The notes beneath the pieces are model-generated. The model saw nothing but the letters and a program-made list of their open reading frames with translations. It had not been told where the DNA came from and made no database searches. Shown here one piece after another: positions 9,810-19,667 of a stretch of 53,948 nucleotides of DNA; position 1 is the stretch's first letter, and the number at the start of each line of letters is the position of its first letter. Source of the DNA: a virus (lineage: Duplodnaviria > Caudoviricetes); the IMG/VR virus record IMGVR_UViG_3300037722_000592, positions 1 through 53,948 of that record, one strand, 5' to 3'. Position numbers and translations under genes: made by a program.

Positions 9810-10985
9810 ATGGCCGGACTTGACGATCTGAACGCAAGCATCCCGGACGGGAAATCGGCCCTGGGCCTGGGCGATAACGCCATCCGCCTGGTGATCACCA
9901 AGCTGCTGGAATATGCGGCCATCGAGCATGCCCTGACCGGCGAACATACCTTCGGGGTGGGGACCATCGCCCAGCGCCCGGCCGCCGGACACAAGGGCCG
10001 GTTTTATATCCTGACCACGGCCGGGGTCGCGGTCGAGCTGCAATACGATACCGGCAGCGGATGGGCGACGTTGACCAACAACCAGGCGGTGGTTAATTAC
10101 GCCGAGGGCCTGGCCTCCCATGCCAATGCCTCGGTGCTGGCTCATCCGGACGGCAGCGTGACCGCGGCGAAGATTAAGGCCGGGGCGATTCACAAGGGCC
10201 ACCTGAACGGCACCACCTCCGTGGAATCCATCGCCTCATTGGTTGGCGGCGCGGCCACCAGTCTGCATCATCACGATGCCGGCGAGGGCTCGAACGGCAT
10301 GACTACATTCAGCGCACCGGGGGCACATACCGTAACATTCCCGCCGGGAGTTTACCGGATGTTTTTCACCATAGCGGCGGGCGGCGGTGCGGGGGGGGCT
10401 GGTGACTACGGGTACGGTATGGCTAACCCCAGCGGCGGCGGCGGCGGCGGAGCCGGGGCGGAGATTAGAAGCTACCCCGTAACCCGCGACCCCGGCACGG
10501 TTCTCGATATATATGTCGGCCGGGGTGGGGTTGGTTTTAATGACCCCGATAGTGCCGGTGGAAACGGTGTTGATTCGTGGATAATCGGTCCTGGTCAGGT
10601 CTTCGCCCCTGGTGGGATTGGTGGCGGTGGCGGCAAAATCGGCGGTGGCGGCGGCGCATCCAGCAACGGTTTGCTCTATTGGCCGGCTGGCCACGGGGGT
10701 GGAAACGGCGGTACGGACGGCCTGGCCGCCCTTCCCGGTAGCGATACCTGTTGGTATGACGGCGGGGCTGGCGGCACATCTGACGGCGGCGCTATTAAAT
10801 ACGGCGGCGGCGGCGGAGCCGCATCATTCCAGGGCCTGGGAGGCAATGGCTCCGATCATTCGGACGGTGCAGTTCCAACGGCGGGTGGAGTTTCTGCAGG
10901 CGGCGGCGGCGGCGCGGGGAGGCATCAGGGTGAAGCAACCTTTGGCGGCGATGGCGGCGACGGATTAATCATTGTGACCTGGTGA
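9810..10985 (+). CDS. Tail fibre-like protein with glycine-rich C-terminal domain
   Basis: Extensive GGGG runs ending GGDGGDGLIIVTW. Confidence 0.7.
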   Translation: MAGLDDLNASIPDGKSALGLGDNAIRLVITKLLEYAAIEHALTGEHTFGVGTIAQRPAAGHKGRFYILTTAGVAVELQYDTGSGWATLTNNQAVVNYAEGLASHANASVLAHPDGSVTAAKIKAGAIHKGHLNGTTSVESIASLVGGAATSLHHHDAGEGSNGMTTFSAPGAHTVTFPPGVYRMFFTIAAGGGAGGAGDYGYGMANPSGGGGGGAGAEIRSYPVTRDPGTVLDIYVGRGGVGFNDPDSAGGNGVDSWIIGPGQVFAPGGIGGGGGKIGGGGGASSNGLLYWPAGHGGGNGGTDGLAALPGSDTCWYDGGAGGTSDGGAIKYGGGGGAASFQGLGGNGSDHSDGAVPTAGGVSAGGGGGAGRHQGEATFGGDGGDGLIIVTW

Positions 10986-10989
10986 GATT

Positions 10990-11619
10990 ATGGCGAACGC
11001 GAAGAAGATAAACATATCATGGTCGGCCACCGGGCTGACCGTTTACGCGATAATCAGCCGGGTGGCCGACGGATATTTACTGAACAGCGTGGGGGCGTTT
11101 GCCGACAGCCCCGTTACCCCCTACCTTGGTCTGAATGAAAATACGGTACTGAAAGGGCGTTACGAAGTAAGCGAATCCCGGAGTGTTTGGGATGACGGTT
11201 TCTATAATGTCCTGATCTACAAACAAAACGGCAGTTCCCCAGCACCCGGAGCCGATACGGTTATCGGCTCGGCCCGGTTTTATGTGCAGAACGATCTGGA
11301 AACGACGGAGCGCAATATAGCCGACCAGACAGACCGGCTCTTGTTCGACGGTGACGGCAACGTTAAGTCGACCCGGACCTACGAGGAAGGGGCGGTGGTT
11401 GAGGATGAAGAAAACAGCCATTACTCCGTGACAACCGATCTGGCCGAAACCATTGACGACTACTGGCTGGGGGCTTACGTGAAATTCACCACCGGCGCGG
11501 TCAACGGCCAGGTTAAAAAAATCAAGTCTTTCAACGCCACCACCAAGGTCCTGGCGTTTACCGCGCCTCTGACCGAAACTCCGGCGGCGGGCGATGTTTT
11601 CAAGATAATCAACGAGTGA
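10990..11619 (+). CDS. Hypothetical tail-associated protein
   Basis: Tightly packed operon ORF; DDYWLGAYVKFTTG...TPAAGDVF segment seen in tail proteins. Confidence 0.6.
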   Translation: MANAKKINISWSATGLTVYAIISRVADGYLLNSVGAFADSPVTPYLGLNENTVLKGRYEVSESRSVWDDGFYNVLIYKQNGSSPAPGADTVIGSARFYVQNDLETTERNIADQTDRLLFDGDGNVKSTRTYEEGAVVEDEENSHYSVTTDLAETIDDYWLGAYVKFTTGAVNGQVKKIKSFNATTKVLAFTAPLTETPAAGDVFKIINE

Positions 11620-11626
11620 GGCCGAA

Positions 11627-12127
11627 ATGAGCGCGATTGTGCCGAGCGAAATAACCTTTTACCTGACCCCGAACGGCAACGCCGAGCCCACCCTGTCGCT
11701 GGGCGGCTCGACCGGCACCATCCAGGTTGGGGCTGGGCTGCATAGCCTCTTCGATCTGGTCAGTTCCGGAGAAAGCGAGGATGGGGATGTCGAGTATCGG
11801 GCTATCGATGTGAAGAACACCAACCTGGTCGAGACCCTTTACAATGCGGTGGTCTATATCTCCCAGGCCACGACCGGGCCGGATGACTCGATTGAGATTG
11901 CCTATGATGCCACCGGGACCCAGGCCATCGACGACGAATCGACCCCGCCGGCCGATGTGGTCTTTTCGGCCCCGGTCAGCAAGGCGACCGGCATCGCCCT
12001 GGGCGATATCGCGTCCGGCGGCCGCCGGCGGATCTGGCTGAAGCGGACTATTGTCGCCGGGGCCAGCCCCGGGACCAGCGAGGGCGAACTGACCGTGGTC
12101 GGCGACACCTATGACAGCGGAGCCTGA
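11627..12127 (+). CDS. Hypothetical virion protein
   Basis: SLGG...LFD.VS..E..GDVEYR...IWLKR pattern; GAGG RBS. Confidence 0.6.
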   Translation: MSAIVPSEITFYLTPNGNAEPTLSLGGSTGTIQVGAGLHSLFDLVSSGESEDGDVEYRAIDVKNTNLVETLYNAVVYISQATTGPDDSIEIAYDATGTQAIDDESTPPADVVFSAPVSKATGIALGDIASGGRRRIWLKRTIVAGASPGTSEGELTVVGDTYDSGA

Positions 12128-12130
12128 TAG

Positions 12131-12451
12131 ATGAGCCTGATTCTGTTCGAGGATAATTACGACGTAGGCAGTCCGCGCAAGGTCAAGTGGGCGATGGTCG
12201 GCGATGTAGCCACCGGGTTCGCAACCTCATGGGCGCTTACCGCGGCGGTTGAGCAGGTTCAGCTGTTCAGCTGGCAGCTCTGGGGCAAGGTGGCGGCGAC
12301 GCTCACCTACTCATACGGGATTATGACGGCCATGAGCCGCAGCCTCGCCTATTCGTGGAAGATTATCGGGTTCCTGTCCGGCAAGGCCCGGCGCACCTTC
12401 TTGGTGGCCAAACAAGGGATTTATCTGATGTCAAGAGGGAGGCGGCGCTAA
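12131..12451 (+). CDS. Hypothetical protein
   Basis: Tightly packed operon ORF. Confidence 0.55.
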   Translation: MSLILFEDNYDVGSPRKVKWAMVGDVATGFATSWALTAAVEQVQLFSWQLWGKVAATLTYSYGIMTAMSRSLAYSWKIIGFLSGKARRTFLVAKQGIYLMSRGRRR

Positions 12452-12730
12452 ATGGTGGAATATTACGGGGTTGCGGTAGACACGGCGGCGGCGGTCGACC
12501 AGGTCACCGCTGACCGGATCAACGGCCTAACCGGCGGCATTGAAAACGAGATGAAGATGCACCGGCGCACGATCCGGGCCTTGGCCGCCCTGATGGCGCC
12601 CCGGCTCTATACCCAGGCCGAGATCACCCAGGCCAACAAAGCGGCCGACCAGGCCCAGCGGATCGACCGGATTATTGAGGGTATGGTTCTGGAAGGCAAG
12701 GAATTCAAGATAACGCACGGATTAGCGTAA
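12452..12730 (+). CDS. Hypothetical protein
   Basis: GGAGG RBS, abuts both neighbours. Confidence 0.6.
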   Translation: MVEYYGVAVDTAAAVDQVTADRINGLTGGIENEMKMHRRTIRALAALMAPRLYTQAEITQANKAADQAQRIDRIIEGMVLEGKEFKITHGLA

Positions 12731-14224
12731 ATGGACCGTCTGGTAAAGGCCCCGGAAGATCAGTTCAACTTCTCCATCTCCTTCGACCACGATCTGGAGA
12801 CCACGGAGACGATCACCGGCTATGCCGTTTACAGCGGCAACCGGGAGAGCGGCGAGGCCAGTACCGCCACGCTGATCGCCGCCACCGAGCTGACCGACCA
12901 GACCATCGAAGTAATGCTCCTTGGCGGGCAGACCCAGGGCGAACAGCACAAGATCACCGCCGTGGTCTATACCGATCTGAATAATGTCATCGAAAAGGAC
13001 GTGGCGATTGATGTGTTGGATATCGATATCGACCACTTCTATAAGCAGTCTGCCGAGGAATTCAAGATTGCCGTGGATTTCGGGCCGCTTCTGGACGAGG
13101 GCGAAAGTCTCGGCGCGGATTCTATCGTGATCTATGCCCTGCTTGAGGCCGATCTCTCCGATGTTACCGCCGCCACCACCGGCCCCAGCGGAATTGACGC
13201 CGATACCGGCCGGCAGGTCGAGCTGAAGGTCAAGGGCGGCAACCACGATGATTTCATTATGATCGGGGTGCAGGCGGACTGCGTTAACCAAATTCTGGCG
13301 ACCACCAAGCGGCTGCGGCGGATTGTCAATATGTCGATCATCGATGACGGCTATTACGGGACCATTGCCTGGGATTATGCGACCAGCGACGATAGCATTG
13401 CGGTTGACGGAACGGCGGTGGTGGCGATTGCCGGCAGCGGCGGGCCTTTCACCTGGGCGGTGACTGGGACTGGCTATACGCTGGCCGAATCGACCACAAC
13501 CGGCTTAACCAACCAGCTGAACGCCGCGAGTAACGCCTGCGGGGATGCCGAAATCACGGTGACCAATGCCTTTGGGGACAGCGCCACCGGCACGGTTGCC
13601 GGCCCGGTCAATGCGGTACTTTGGGATGATGATACCAGTGACGATACCGTGCTCCGGAACGGCTCGGCGGTAATTGCGATCAACGGGACCTGCGGGCCTT
13701 TCACCTGGGCGGTGACCGGGACAGGGTTCTCCATGGAAAATCCAACCACAACCGGCTTAACCAACCAGCTCAACGCCGATGGCACAGCTTGCGGAGTAGC
13801 CGAAATTACCGTGACCAATGCCCAGGGGTTAAGCGCAACCGGGTATGTGCGGGCGACCTATGGGAGCTGGGTGCAAATCGCTACCGGAGCCGGCGCAGTT
13901 GGGTATATAAGTGGGGTCGGCGCGTGCATAGCATTTTGCGGCAATCAGAGCGCAACTGGAGCATACGGCGGGACTTGGGAGTTGGTCGTTGGGAAATATA
14001 AGTTGCGGGAAAAATGGTCTTTCGTCGAGCTATCCTTAACATGCCCCGTGGCGAACGAGGTGGAGGTGGAGGTGGCACAGCCGACAGACTGCGGGACATT
14101 AGAGCCCGGTTGGGGCGGGCAAGGGATATTTCCCTGTTGCGTCCAAGGTGTGTATACACCAACAAGGTATGCCGCTTTTTACCTGAGAGAGGGCGATAAA
14201 ATACTCTACGAGTGGCAATGCTAA
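12731..14224 (+). CDS. Tail/adaptor protein with duplicated N-terminal adaptor-like and Ig-like domains
   Basis: Two K...(D/E).F...(S/D)F...L...E units; two 84-aa GPFTWAVTGTG...TTTGLTNQLNA...ACG.AEITVTNA units. Confidence 0.65.
   Translation: MDRLVKAPEDQFNFSISFDHDLETTETITGYAVYSGNRESGEASTATLIAATELTDQTIEVMLLGGQTQGEQHKITAVVYTDLNNVIEKDVAIDVLDIDIDHFYKQSAEEFKIAVDFGPLLDEGESLGADSIVIYALLEADLSDVTAATTGPSGIDADTGRQVELKVKGGNHDDFIMIGVQADCVNQILATTKRLRRIVNMSIIDDGYYGTIAWDYATSDDSIAVDGTAVVAIAGSGGPFTWAVTGTGYTLAESTTTGLTNQLNAASNACGDAEITVTNAFGDSATGTVAGPVNAVLWDDDTSDDTVLRNGSAVIAINGTCGPFTWAVTGTGFSMENPTTTGLTNQLNADGTACGVAEITVTNAQGLSATGYVRATYGSWVQIATGAGAVGYISGVGACIAFCGNQSATGAYGGTWELVVGKYKLREKWSFVELSLTCPVANEVEVEVAQPTDCGTLEPGWGGQGIFPCCVQGVYTPTRYAAFYLREGDKILYEWQC
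13441..13821 (+). repeat. Intragenic imperfect direct repeat, 252-bp period
   Basis: cgggcctttcacctgggcggtgac at 13441 and 13693; accacaaccggcttaaccaaccagct in both copies. Confidence 0.85.
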
Positions 14225-14557
14225 ATGAAACAACTAGCCGGGTTTTCAGCCAAAGACAAGCGCACAGCCGCCCGGATCTGGCGGGTTCTGGATGGGCACG
14301 GTCTGACCCTGGCCGACCTGGAGAGACACAATGAGCAGGCGGCTACGCACCCCGCTCCGGGTACCACTAAACCAGTAAACAGGCCGCAACCCCCGCCGTA
14401 CATGCGGCCCGGCGAAATTGCCACGGCCATTGGCCTGAAATGCGTCTGCGGCGGCACGTTTTATATCGAAGCGCTGTGCAGCAAAAATGCAGCTAAATTG
14501 AATTGCATTCGTTTGGCCCTCTGCGATAGTTGCGGCTTTGAGGTGAAGATCCGATGA
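14225..14557 (+). CDS. Small Cys-rich hypothetical protein
   Basis: CVC and CDSC motifs; stop overlaps next ATG. Confidence 0.6.
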   Translation: MKQLAGFSAKDKRTAARIWRVLDGHGLTLADLERHNEQAATHPAPGTTKPVNRPQPPPYMRPGEIATAIGLKCVCGGTFYIEALCSKNAAKLNCIRLALCDSCGFEVKIR

Positions 14558-16104
14558 AAATAAAATCCTTCCGCCAGGGCATCAAAAACCGGGGAATCAG
14601 GACCAACTACCCGACCGAGCTGGTGGACTGGTCTACCGGCCGCAATGTCCGCTTCTTTCCCGGCGGGGTGGCGAAGGACCTCGGCAAGACCCTGCTGGTT
14701 GCCGGGGTTGATCCGGTCCGGGAGTTTTTCACCTTCATGGGTCATGACGGGGTGGTGCGGACCGTGGTCTGCACCGATACGACGATCAAGGCCTATACCA
14801 ACGATTTTACCACGGTCGAGGATATTACCCCGACGGTGGCTCCGGCGGCGGCTAACGCCCGCTGGCAGTTCGCCCTGGTGGCGGGGTTGCTCCTGATCAC
14901 CAACGGGGTGGACGGGTTGTGGTCGTGGAGCGATTACGCCAATCCGGTCCAGCTGGAGACCATGGCCGGGTTCGGCGGCGATTTCGGGCGGATCGGGGTT
15001 TTAGGGAAATCGATGAACCGGCTGCTCCTGGCCGACTTTGTCGAGAACGGCGGGACCTGGAAGGCGCGGGCGCGGTGGGGGAATATCGCCAAGCCCCTGA
15101 CCATGGGCGAAGGGGTTACCGATACCAACGGCTATAAGGACCTGGTCGACCCGATGGAATCCGAGGAGGCCAGTGAGACTATCCTGGCCTATTCCAGTAT
15201 CGGGCGGCGGACCCTGGCTTTCACCAACCAGAATATCTGGTTCCTGGACCCGGCCGAGGCGCCGGAGGATTATACCGCCGTGATCGGCGCCGGGGGCTAC
15301 GGGCTCCTGGCGGCCGGGCTGGTGGTGAAGACCGATAAGCGGGCCATCCTCTTTGCCGGCAAGGACGATTTCTATCTGTTCGGCGGCAGTGAAGCGCCGA
15401 CCCCCATCGGCTTCGATATCCGCAACAGCTGCTTCCCGAACCTGAACAAGGCGGCCCTGGCCTCCTCGTTTGGCTACTACAAGCCGGCCACCAAGGAAGT
15501 TTATTTCTGCGTACCGACCGGCAGCAACACCAGCCCGGACACCGCCTTTGTCTATCAGCTCGAAACCAAGGCGTGGTCGATCAAGGACGTGGATTATACC
15601 TGTTTCGGACATGCCTACGACAACACGAACTTTACCTGGGACGATAACCCGTTCGGGGCCTGGGACTCGATCACCGACAGCCGCTGGGACGAGATGACCA
15701 AGAACGGGGTGATCCCCTACGGGATTGTCGGCGACGCGAGCGGCAATATCTATAAGGTCGATGTCGGTTACAACAACAACGGCGCACCGTTCCGGGGAGT
15801 GATCGAGACCGGCGATATGGTTTTCGGTTCGGAGCTGCACGACAAGCACATTACCGCCCTGTATCCGGCGATCAAGCCGCAGACCGAAGAGCGGCCGCTG
15901 ATGATTCAGGTCGGGGTGCGGGAGTCGTTGCACCACGATATCCAGTGGAGCTACCCGCAAGCGGTGGGGATCGGCTCCGGGGTCAAGGCGGATTTCCGCG
16001 CCCGGGGCAAGTATATCCGGTTCCGGTTTTTTACCGAGTTGAAGGATTCGCCCTTTATGATGGAAGGGCATACCACCAAATATTTCATGGGAGGAAGCAG
16101 ATGA
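14554..16104 (+). CDS. Tail hub/nozzle (P22 gp10-like DNA stabilisation protein)
   Basis: 516 aa beta-propeller-like; FRARGKYIRFRF C-terminus; position before ejection genes. Confidence 0.7.
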   Translation: MKIKSFRQGIKNRGIRTNYPTELVDWSTGRNVRFFPGGVAKDLGKTLLVAGVDPVREFFTFMGHDGVVRTVVCTDTTIKAYTNDFTTVEDITPTVAPAAANARWQFALVAGLLLITNGVDGLWSWSDYANPVQLETMAGFGGDFGRIGVLGKSMNRLLLADFVENGGTWKARARWGNIAKPLTMGEGVTDTNGYKDLVDPMESEEASETILAYSSIGRRTLAFTNQNIWFLDPAEAPEDYTAVIGAGGYGLLAAGLVVKTDKRAILFAGKDDFYLFGGSEAPTPIGFDIRNSCFPNLNKAALASSFGYYKPATKEVYFCVPTGSNTSPDTAFVYQLETKAWSIKDVDYTCFGHAYDNTNFTWDDNPFGAWDSITDSRWDEMTKNGVIPYGIVGDASGNIYKVDVGYNNNGAPFRGVIETGDMVFGSELHDKHITALYPAIKPQTEERPLMIQVGVRESLHHDIQWSYPQAVGIGSGVKADFRARGKYIRFRFFTELKDSPFMMEGHTTKYFMGGSR

Positions 16105-16709
16105 GCGACGGGAAGGGGCAGAATGCAGGGGCGGGAAAAGCCACGGGTGATGAAAAGATCGAGCCGGTCCTGATTATCGGGACCATCTCGCCGCTGTCGT
16201 CCTTGATGCACTCGGTTTGGGAGTTTTTGAAAGGCCCGGCCGAGCAGATAGCCAAGATGGCGCGGGGCGAATACGAGGCGTATGACGTTTTCCGGGCCGT
16301 CTACTTCGGCCATGCCTTCCTGTATGTGGGCTATATGTGCGACTCCAAGGCGGATGCCGAGTTTGCGGCCAAGAGCCCGGAGGCCGCCAACGTGGTGGTC
16401 GCCAAGTATGTCACCATGAAGCGGGAAAAGGATCTGGTCGGCTATACCGTAGTGCGGATGGACGAACGGGCGGCCCATATCTGGCAGGCCTACATGGCCG
16501 AAGGGTTCCGGGGGACCGAGAAGTTCGACCAATGCCTGGCCGTGATCGAGGAGGGCATGAAGAGCGTCGGGGTTCCGGCCGTGACCTTCTCCGCGATTCG
16601 GGCCGGGATGGGCGAACGGGTCAAGAAGGCGGGCTATCGGGAAGGGATGACCTTGTACCATAAGGTGCTGAAAGAGACCGAAGAGCAGAATATCGGGATG
16701 ATGGTGTAA
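16101..16709 (+). CDS. GNAT-fold-like virion assembly protein
   Basis: ATGA overlap with GGAGG RBS; LVGYTVV...HIWQAYM...GFRG...VTFSAIR.G pattern; syntenic position. Confidence 0.5.
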   Translation: MSDGKGQNAGAGKATGDEKIEPVLIIGTISPLSSLMHSVWEFLKGPAEQIAKMARGEYEAYDVFRAVYFGHAFLYVGYMCDSKADAEFAAKSPEAANVVVAKYVTMKREKDLVGYTVVRMDERAAHIWQAYMAEGFRGTEKFDQCLAVIEEGMKSVGVPAVTFSAIRAGMGERVKKAGYREGMTLYHKVLKETEEQNIGMMV

Positions 16710-16712
16710 GCG

Positions 16713-17582
16713 ATGGGCGGCGGCGGTGGCGGCGCAATGACGGTAAACGAGAATCCTTTGCCGGATTGGGCGCAGACATATGTCGAGCAATACCTGACCC
16801 GGGCCGAAACGGAGTCTCTGGCAGGATATATCCCGTACAAGAAAGCCACCTATGCCGTCCGCAACCAGAACGAGATTGACGGCATTGCCGCCCTGGCCGC
16901 CCGGGCGACGGCCGGCAGCATCGTCACCGAGCTCGGATCCACATTATTGATCGCCACTTTGAAGGGGGAACGGTTGAGCGGCTACCCCTCAAAAGACGCG
17001 GAATGGGCGGTGCGGGCCGATGAGGCCTATGACGATTTTATCTACAGTACCCTGCCGGAGATCGCCACCCGGGCCAATAATGTCGGGGGATTCGGCGGCA
17101 GCGGCCACGAAAAGACCAAGATCAGGGCGGCCCGGACCCTTTTCAATACCCTGGCCAACCTGGCCTATGAGATCTATGGGGCCGATTATTTCAGCGAACG
17201 CAAGTATATGAGCGATGCGATTGCCAACGCCGAAGCTTACGCCGAAAACAGCCTGAGGGAAATCGACGCCCTGCGGATGGCCGGTCTTTTCGAGCGGGAG
17301 TACCAGCAAGGCATCTTAGAAGATGCTTACCGGATCTGGCTGGACGAATTCGAAGGGGCGGTACGGCAGCTCAATATCATCGGCAACGCGATTCGGGCCA
17401 TGGTCGGTTCGTCAATCGAGAAGACCACCCCGTATTACCGGCCCGGGAAAATGGCGGAGATCGCCGGGGTTGCCCTGGCCGGGCTTAGTCTGTATGGGCA
17501 GGTCTCCAGGCAAAACACAACGGACGGGGCCGCTCCAGTTGAGCCGGGCGCCATTGCAGTCGGGAACAGCGGGGGAGAGTAA
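16713..17582 (+). CDS. DNA ejection/internal virion protein, paralog A
   Basis: MGGGGGG start, LPDWAQTY motif, hydrophobic Gly/Ala C-terminal segment. Confidence 0.65.
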   Translation: MGGGGGGAMTVNENPLPDWAQTYVEQYLTRAETESLAGYIPYKKATYAVRNQNEIDGIAALAARATAGSIVTELGSTLLIATLKGERLSGYPSKDAEWAVRADEAYDDFIYSTLPEIATRANNVGGFGGSGHEKTKIRAARTLFNTLANLAYEIYGADYFSERKYMSDAIANAEAYAENSLREIDALRMAGLFEREYQQGILEDAYRIWLDEFEGAVRQLNIIGNAIRAMVGSSIEKTTPYYRPGKMAEIAGVALAGLSLYGQVSRQNTTDGAAPVEPGAIAVGNSGGE

Positions 17583-18445
17583 TGAGCGGCAAAAGTTCAT
17601 CATCAACTACCACGATCAAAAAACTACCGGAATACGCACAGTTTTACGCCCAGCGCTATATGAAAAGCGCGCGGGACCTGTCCGAGAAAGATTACGAGGG
17701 GTACACGGACCCCACCATCGCGCCCCAGGATGACAACGAGATTGCGGCCCTGGTTGCCATGGCCAGCCGGGGACGGGATGGCGACCCGGTAATGAACGAG
17801 GCGGTAATCGTTATGGAGCTGATCCTGAACGGCTCCTTCCTGCCCGGGACCCGGCAGGCCTTTATTGATATGTGGAGTTCGGTGCAGAGCGCCTTCGCGA
17901 CCGAAAGGGCGGCGCTGACGGGCCTGCTGGCCGGCGACACCCTCTACCACGTCGGAGCGCCGATTACGGAAAACCGGAGCGGCGGGCCGCTGGCGGCATA
18001 CGGGACCAAGGTTATGGAGCGTTTGGAAAGCCGGCTTTACCGGGAAAACCATAAAATGGAGCGCGATGTGCAGAGCGGCGCGGCGAGTCTGGCGCCGGAG
18101 ATCGGCAAGCAGGGGATACGCGACGCCGAGATATTACGGGTCGCCGGTCTGCACCAGCGGGAATACGATCAATCGGTGTTGCACGACCTGTACCGGACCT
18201 GGACGGAAAACCAGGAGAGAAAGATTATTCGCCTGGAGATCTTGGGTAATTCGATCCGGACCATGGTCGGGACGCAGGTGGCTAAGACCAAACCGTACTA
18301 CCGGCCAAGCAAGGCCATCGCCGCCGCCGGTGGCGCCCTGGCCGGGGCGGCGGCGGGGGCGAAGGTAGGCGCTTCGGGTTCTTATTGGGGAATGGCGGTG
18401 GGCGCGGTCATCGGGGCGGTGGTCGGTATTGCCTCATCAGAATAA
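17582..18445 (+). CDS. DNA ejection/internal virion protein, paralog B
   Basis: MSGKSSSSTTT start, LPEYAQFY motif, Gly-zipper C-terminus; similar to the upstream gene. Confidence 0.65.
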   Translation: MSGKSSSSTTTIKKLPEYAQFYAQRYMKSARDLSEKDYEGYTDPTIAPQDDNEIAALVAMASRGRDGDPVMNEAVIVMELILNGSFLPGTRQAFIDMWSSVQSAFATERAALTGLLAGDTLYHVGAPITENRSGGPLAAYGTKVMERLESRLYRENHKMERDVQSGAASLAPEIGKQGIRDAEILRVAGLHQREYDQSVLHDLYRTWTENQERKIIRLEILGNSIRTMVGTQVAKTKPYYRPSKAIAAAGGALAGAAAGAKVGASGSYWGMAVGAVIGAVVGIASSE

Positions 18446-18458
18446 GGGAGATTGACGA

Positions 18459-19667
18459 ATGGCAACTTACGCAGCGGCGGCAAGCCTTGAAGAGGCGAAA
18501 AAGAAGAACGATGCAAAAAAGCAGGGTATGGGTGTACCGCCGGCAAAGTTCGGGGAAGGGGCGACTCTAGTGGATGTCCAGAAAGGGCAGGTGGCGAGGG
18601 ACGGGGGCCGGGGTCAGATGGCCCAGGCCCACACGCCAGGGCAGGGGATACCGCTGTCCTCTTATCCGGCGAGTATGCCGGAGGGGCCGGTAGCCACCCC
18701 CATTAGTCACGTTTCTGGTGGCTTCCCAGGCGACCCTAAGCCATTACCCATAGGGCTTGATGGCTTGATTAACTCGCCCACCCCCGCGCAACAGGGAGAC
18801 ATAGTCCCGCCCCGGGAAAGCACAGGCGGCGTACCGCCGCCGCCAGCGGCAGCCGGCCAGGGGCAAGGCCCAGGCCTTTATTCGCCCGAAGTTGCCCCCC
18901 AGGCCAATGGCTCGGCTGGAGTCCCCGGCGCTCCCGTTTCTCTCGGCGAAGCCCCCGGGGTTGATCGCAAGACGGCGCTCAATAAAGGCTTAATGGCTGC
19001 CGGGCTCACCATGCTTGACCGCGGTGGACGAAGCTATGACGCCCCGGTCTCGGCTGGTTCGATCATGGGCCAAGGTGGTTTGGTCGGGATGCAGGCCTAC
19101 GACCAGGACATCCAACGACAACAGGTCGAGAACCGCAATCAGCAGTCCCTCGAAAAAAGCGAGCTTGATATTGCCGGGGCCAAGCAGGATCTCGAAGACA
19201 AGCCGCTGGAGACCCAGCGCAAAAAGCTGGTCAATGAGAAACTGGAAGCGGCGATTGACGCCTACAGGGATGACAGCAAGCTTAACAAAATACTGGTTCA
19301 GGCCAAAACCGATTATGCCAACGAAAAAAATCCGGAGCAGCGCAAGCGGATCGAGGAGTTTATCCAGGCGTTTTCCGGGACCGGCGAAGACAAGGTTAAC
19401 CAGCCGTGGGTGCTTGGTACATACCCTGTGCCAAACGGCACCAATGAACTGACTGGCGAACCCGAATATATAGATATGCCCTACGCCTTCAACAAAATTA
19501 CCCAAGAGTCCCGGCCGATTTCCTATCCTGGAATGACAGCACCGCAAGGGGCACCGACTAAAGAGAAAATCCTTGACGACTCCACGGCCGCTAAAATACT
19601 CCGGGAGGTTGGTGGGGACAAAGAAAAAGCAATCGCGCGTGCTCAAGAATTAGGTTATACAAAGTAA
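18459..19667 (+). CDS. Internal virion/ejection protein
   Basis: Pro/Gly-rich N-terminus, GLMAAGLTML segment, coiled coil; position. Confidence 0.55.
   Translation: MATYAAAASLEEAKKKNDAKKQGMGVPPAKFGEGATLVDVQKGQVARDGGRGQMAQAHTPGQGIPLSSYPASMPEGPVATPISHVSGGFPGDPKPLPIGLDGLINSPTPAQQGDIVPPRESTGGVPPPPAAAGQGQGPGLYSPEVAPQANGSAGVPGAPVSLGEAPGVDRKTALNKGLMAAGLTMLDRGGRSYDAPVSAGSIMGQGGLVGMQAYDQDIQRQQVENRNQQSLEKSELDIAGAKQDLEDKPLETQRKKLVNEKLEAAIDAYRDDSKLNKILVQAKTDYANEKNPEQRKRIEEFIQAFSGTGEDKVNQPWVLGTYPVPNGTNELTGEPEYIDMPYAFNKITQESRPISYPGMTAPQGAPTKEKILDDSTAAKILREVGGDKEKAIARAQELGYTK

Noticed and set aside
10370-10965. GGC/GGT microsatellite-like repeats
   Set aside because: Explained by the glycine-rich coding domain.
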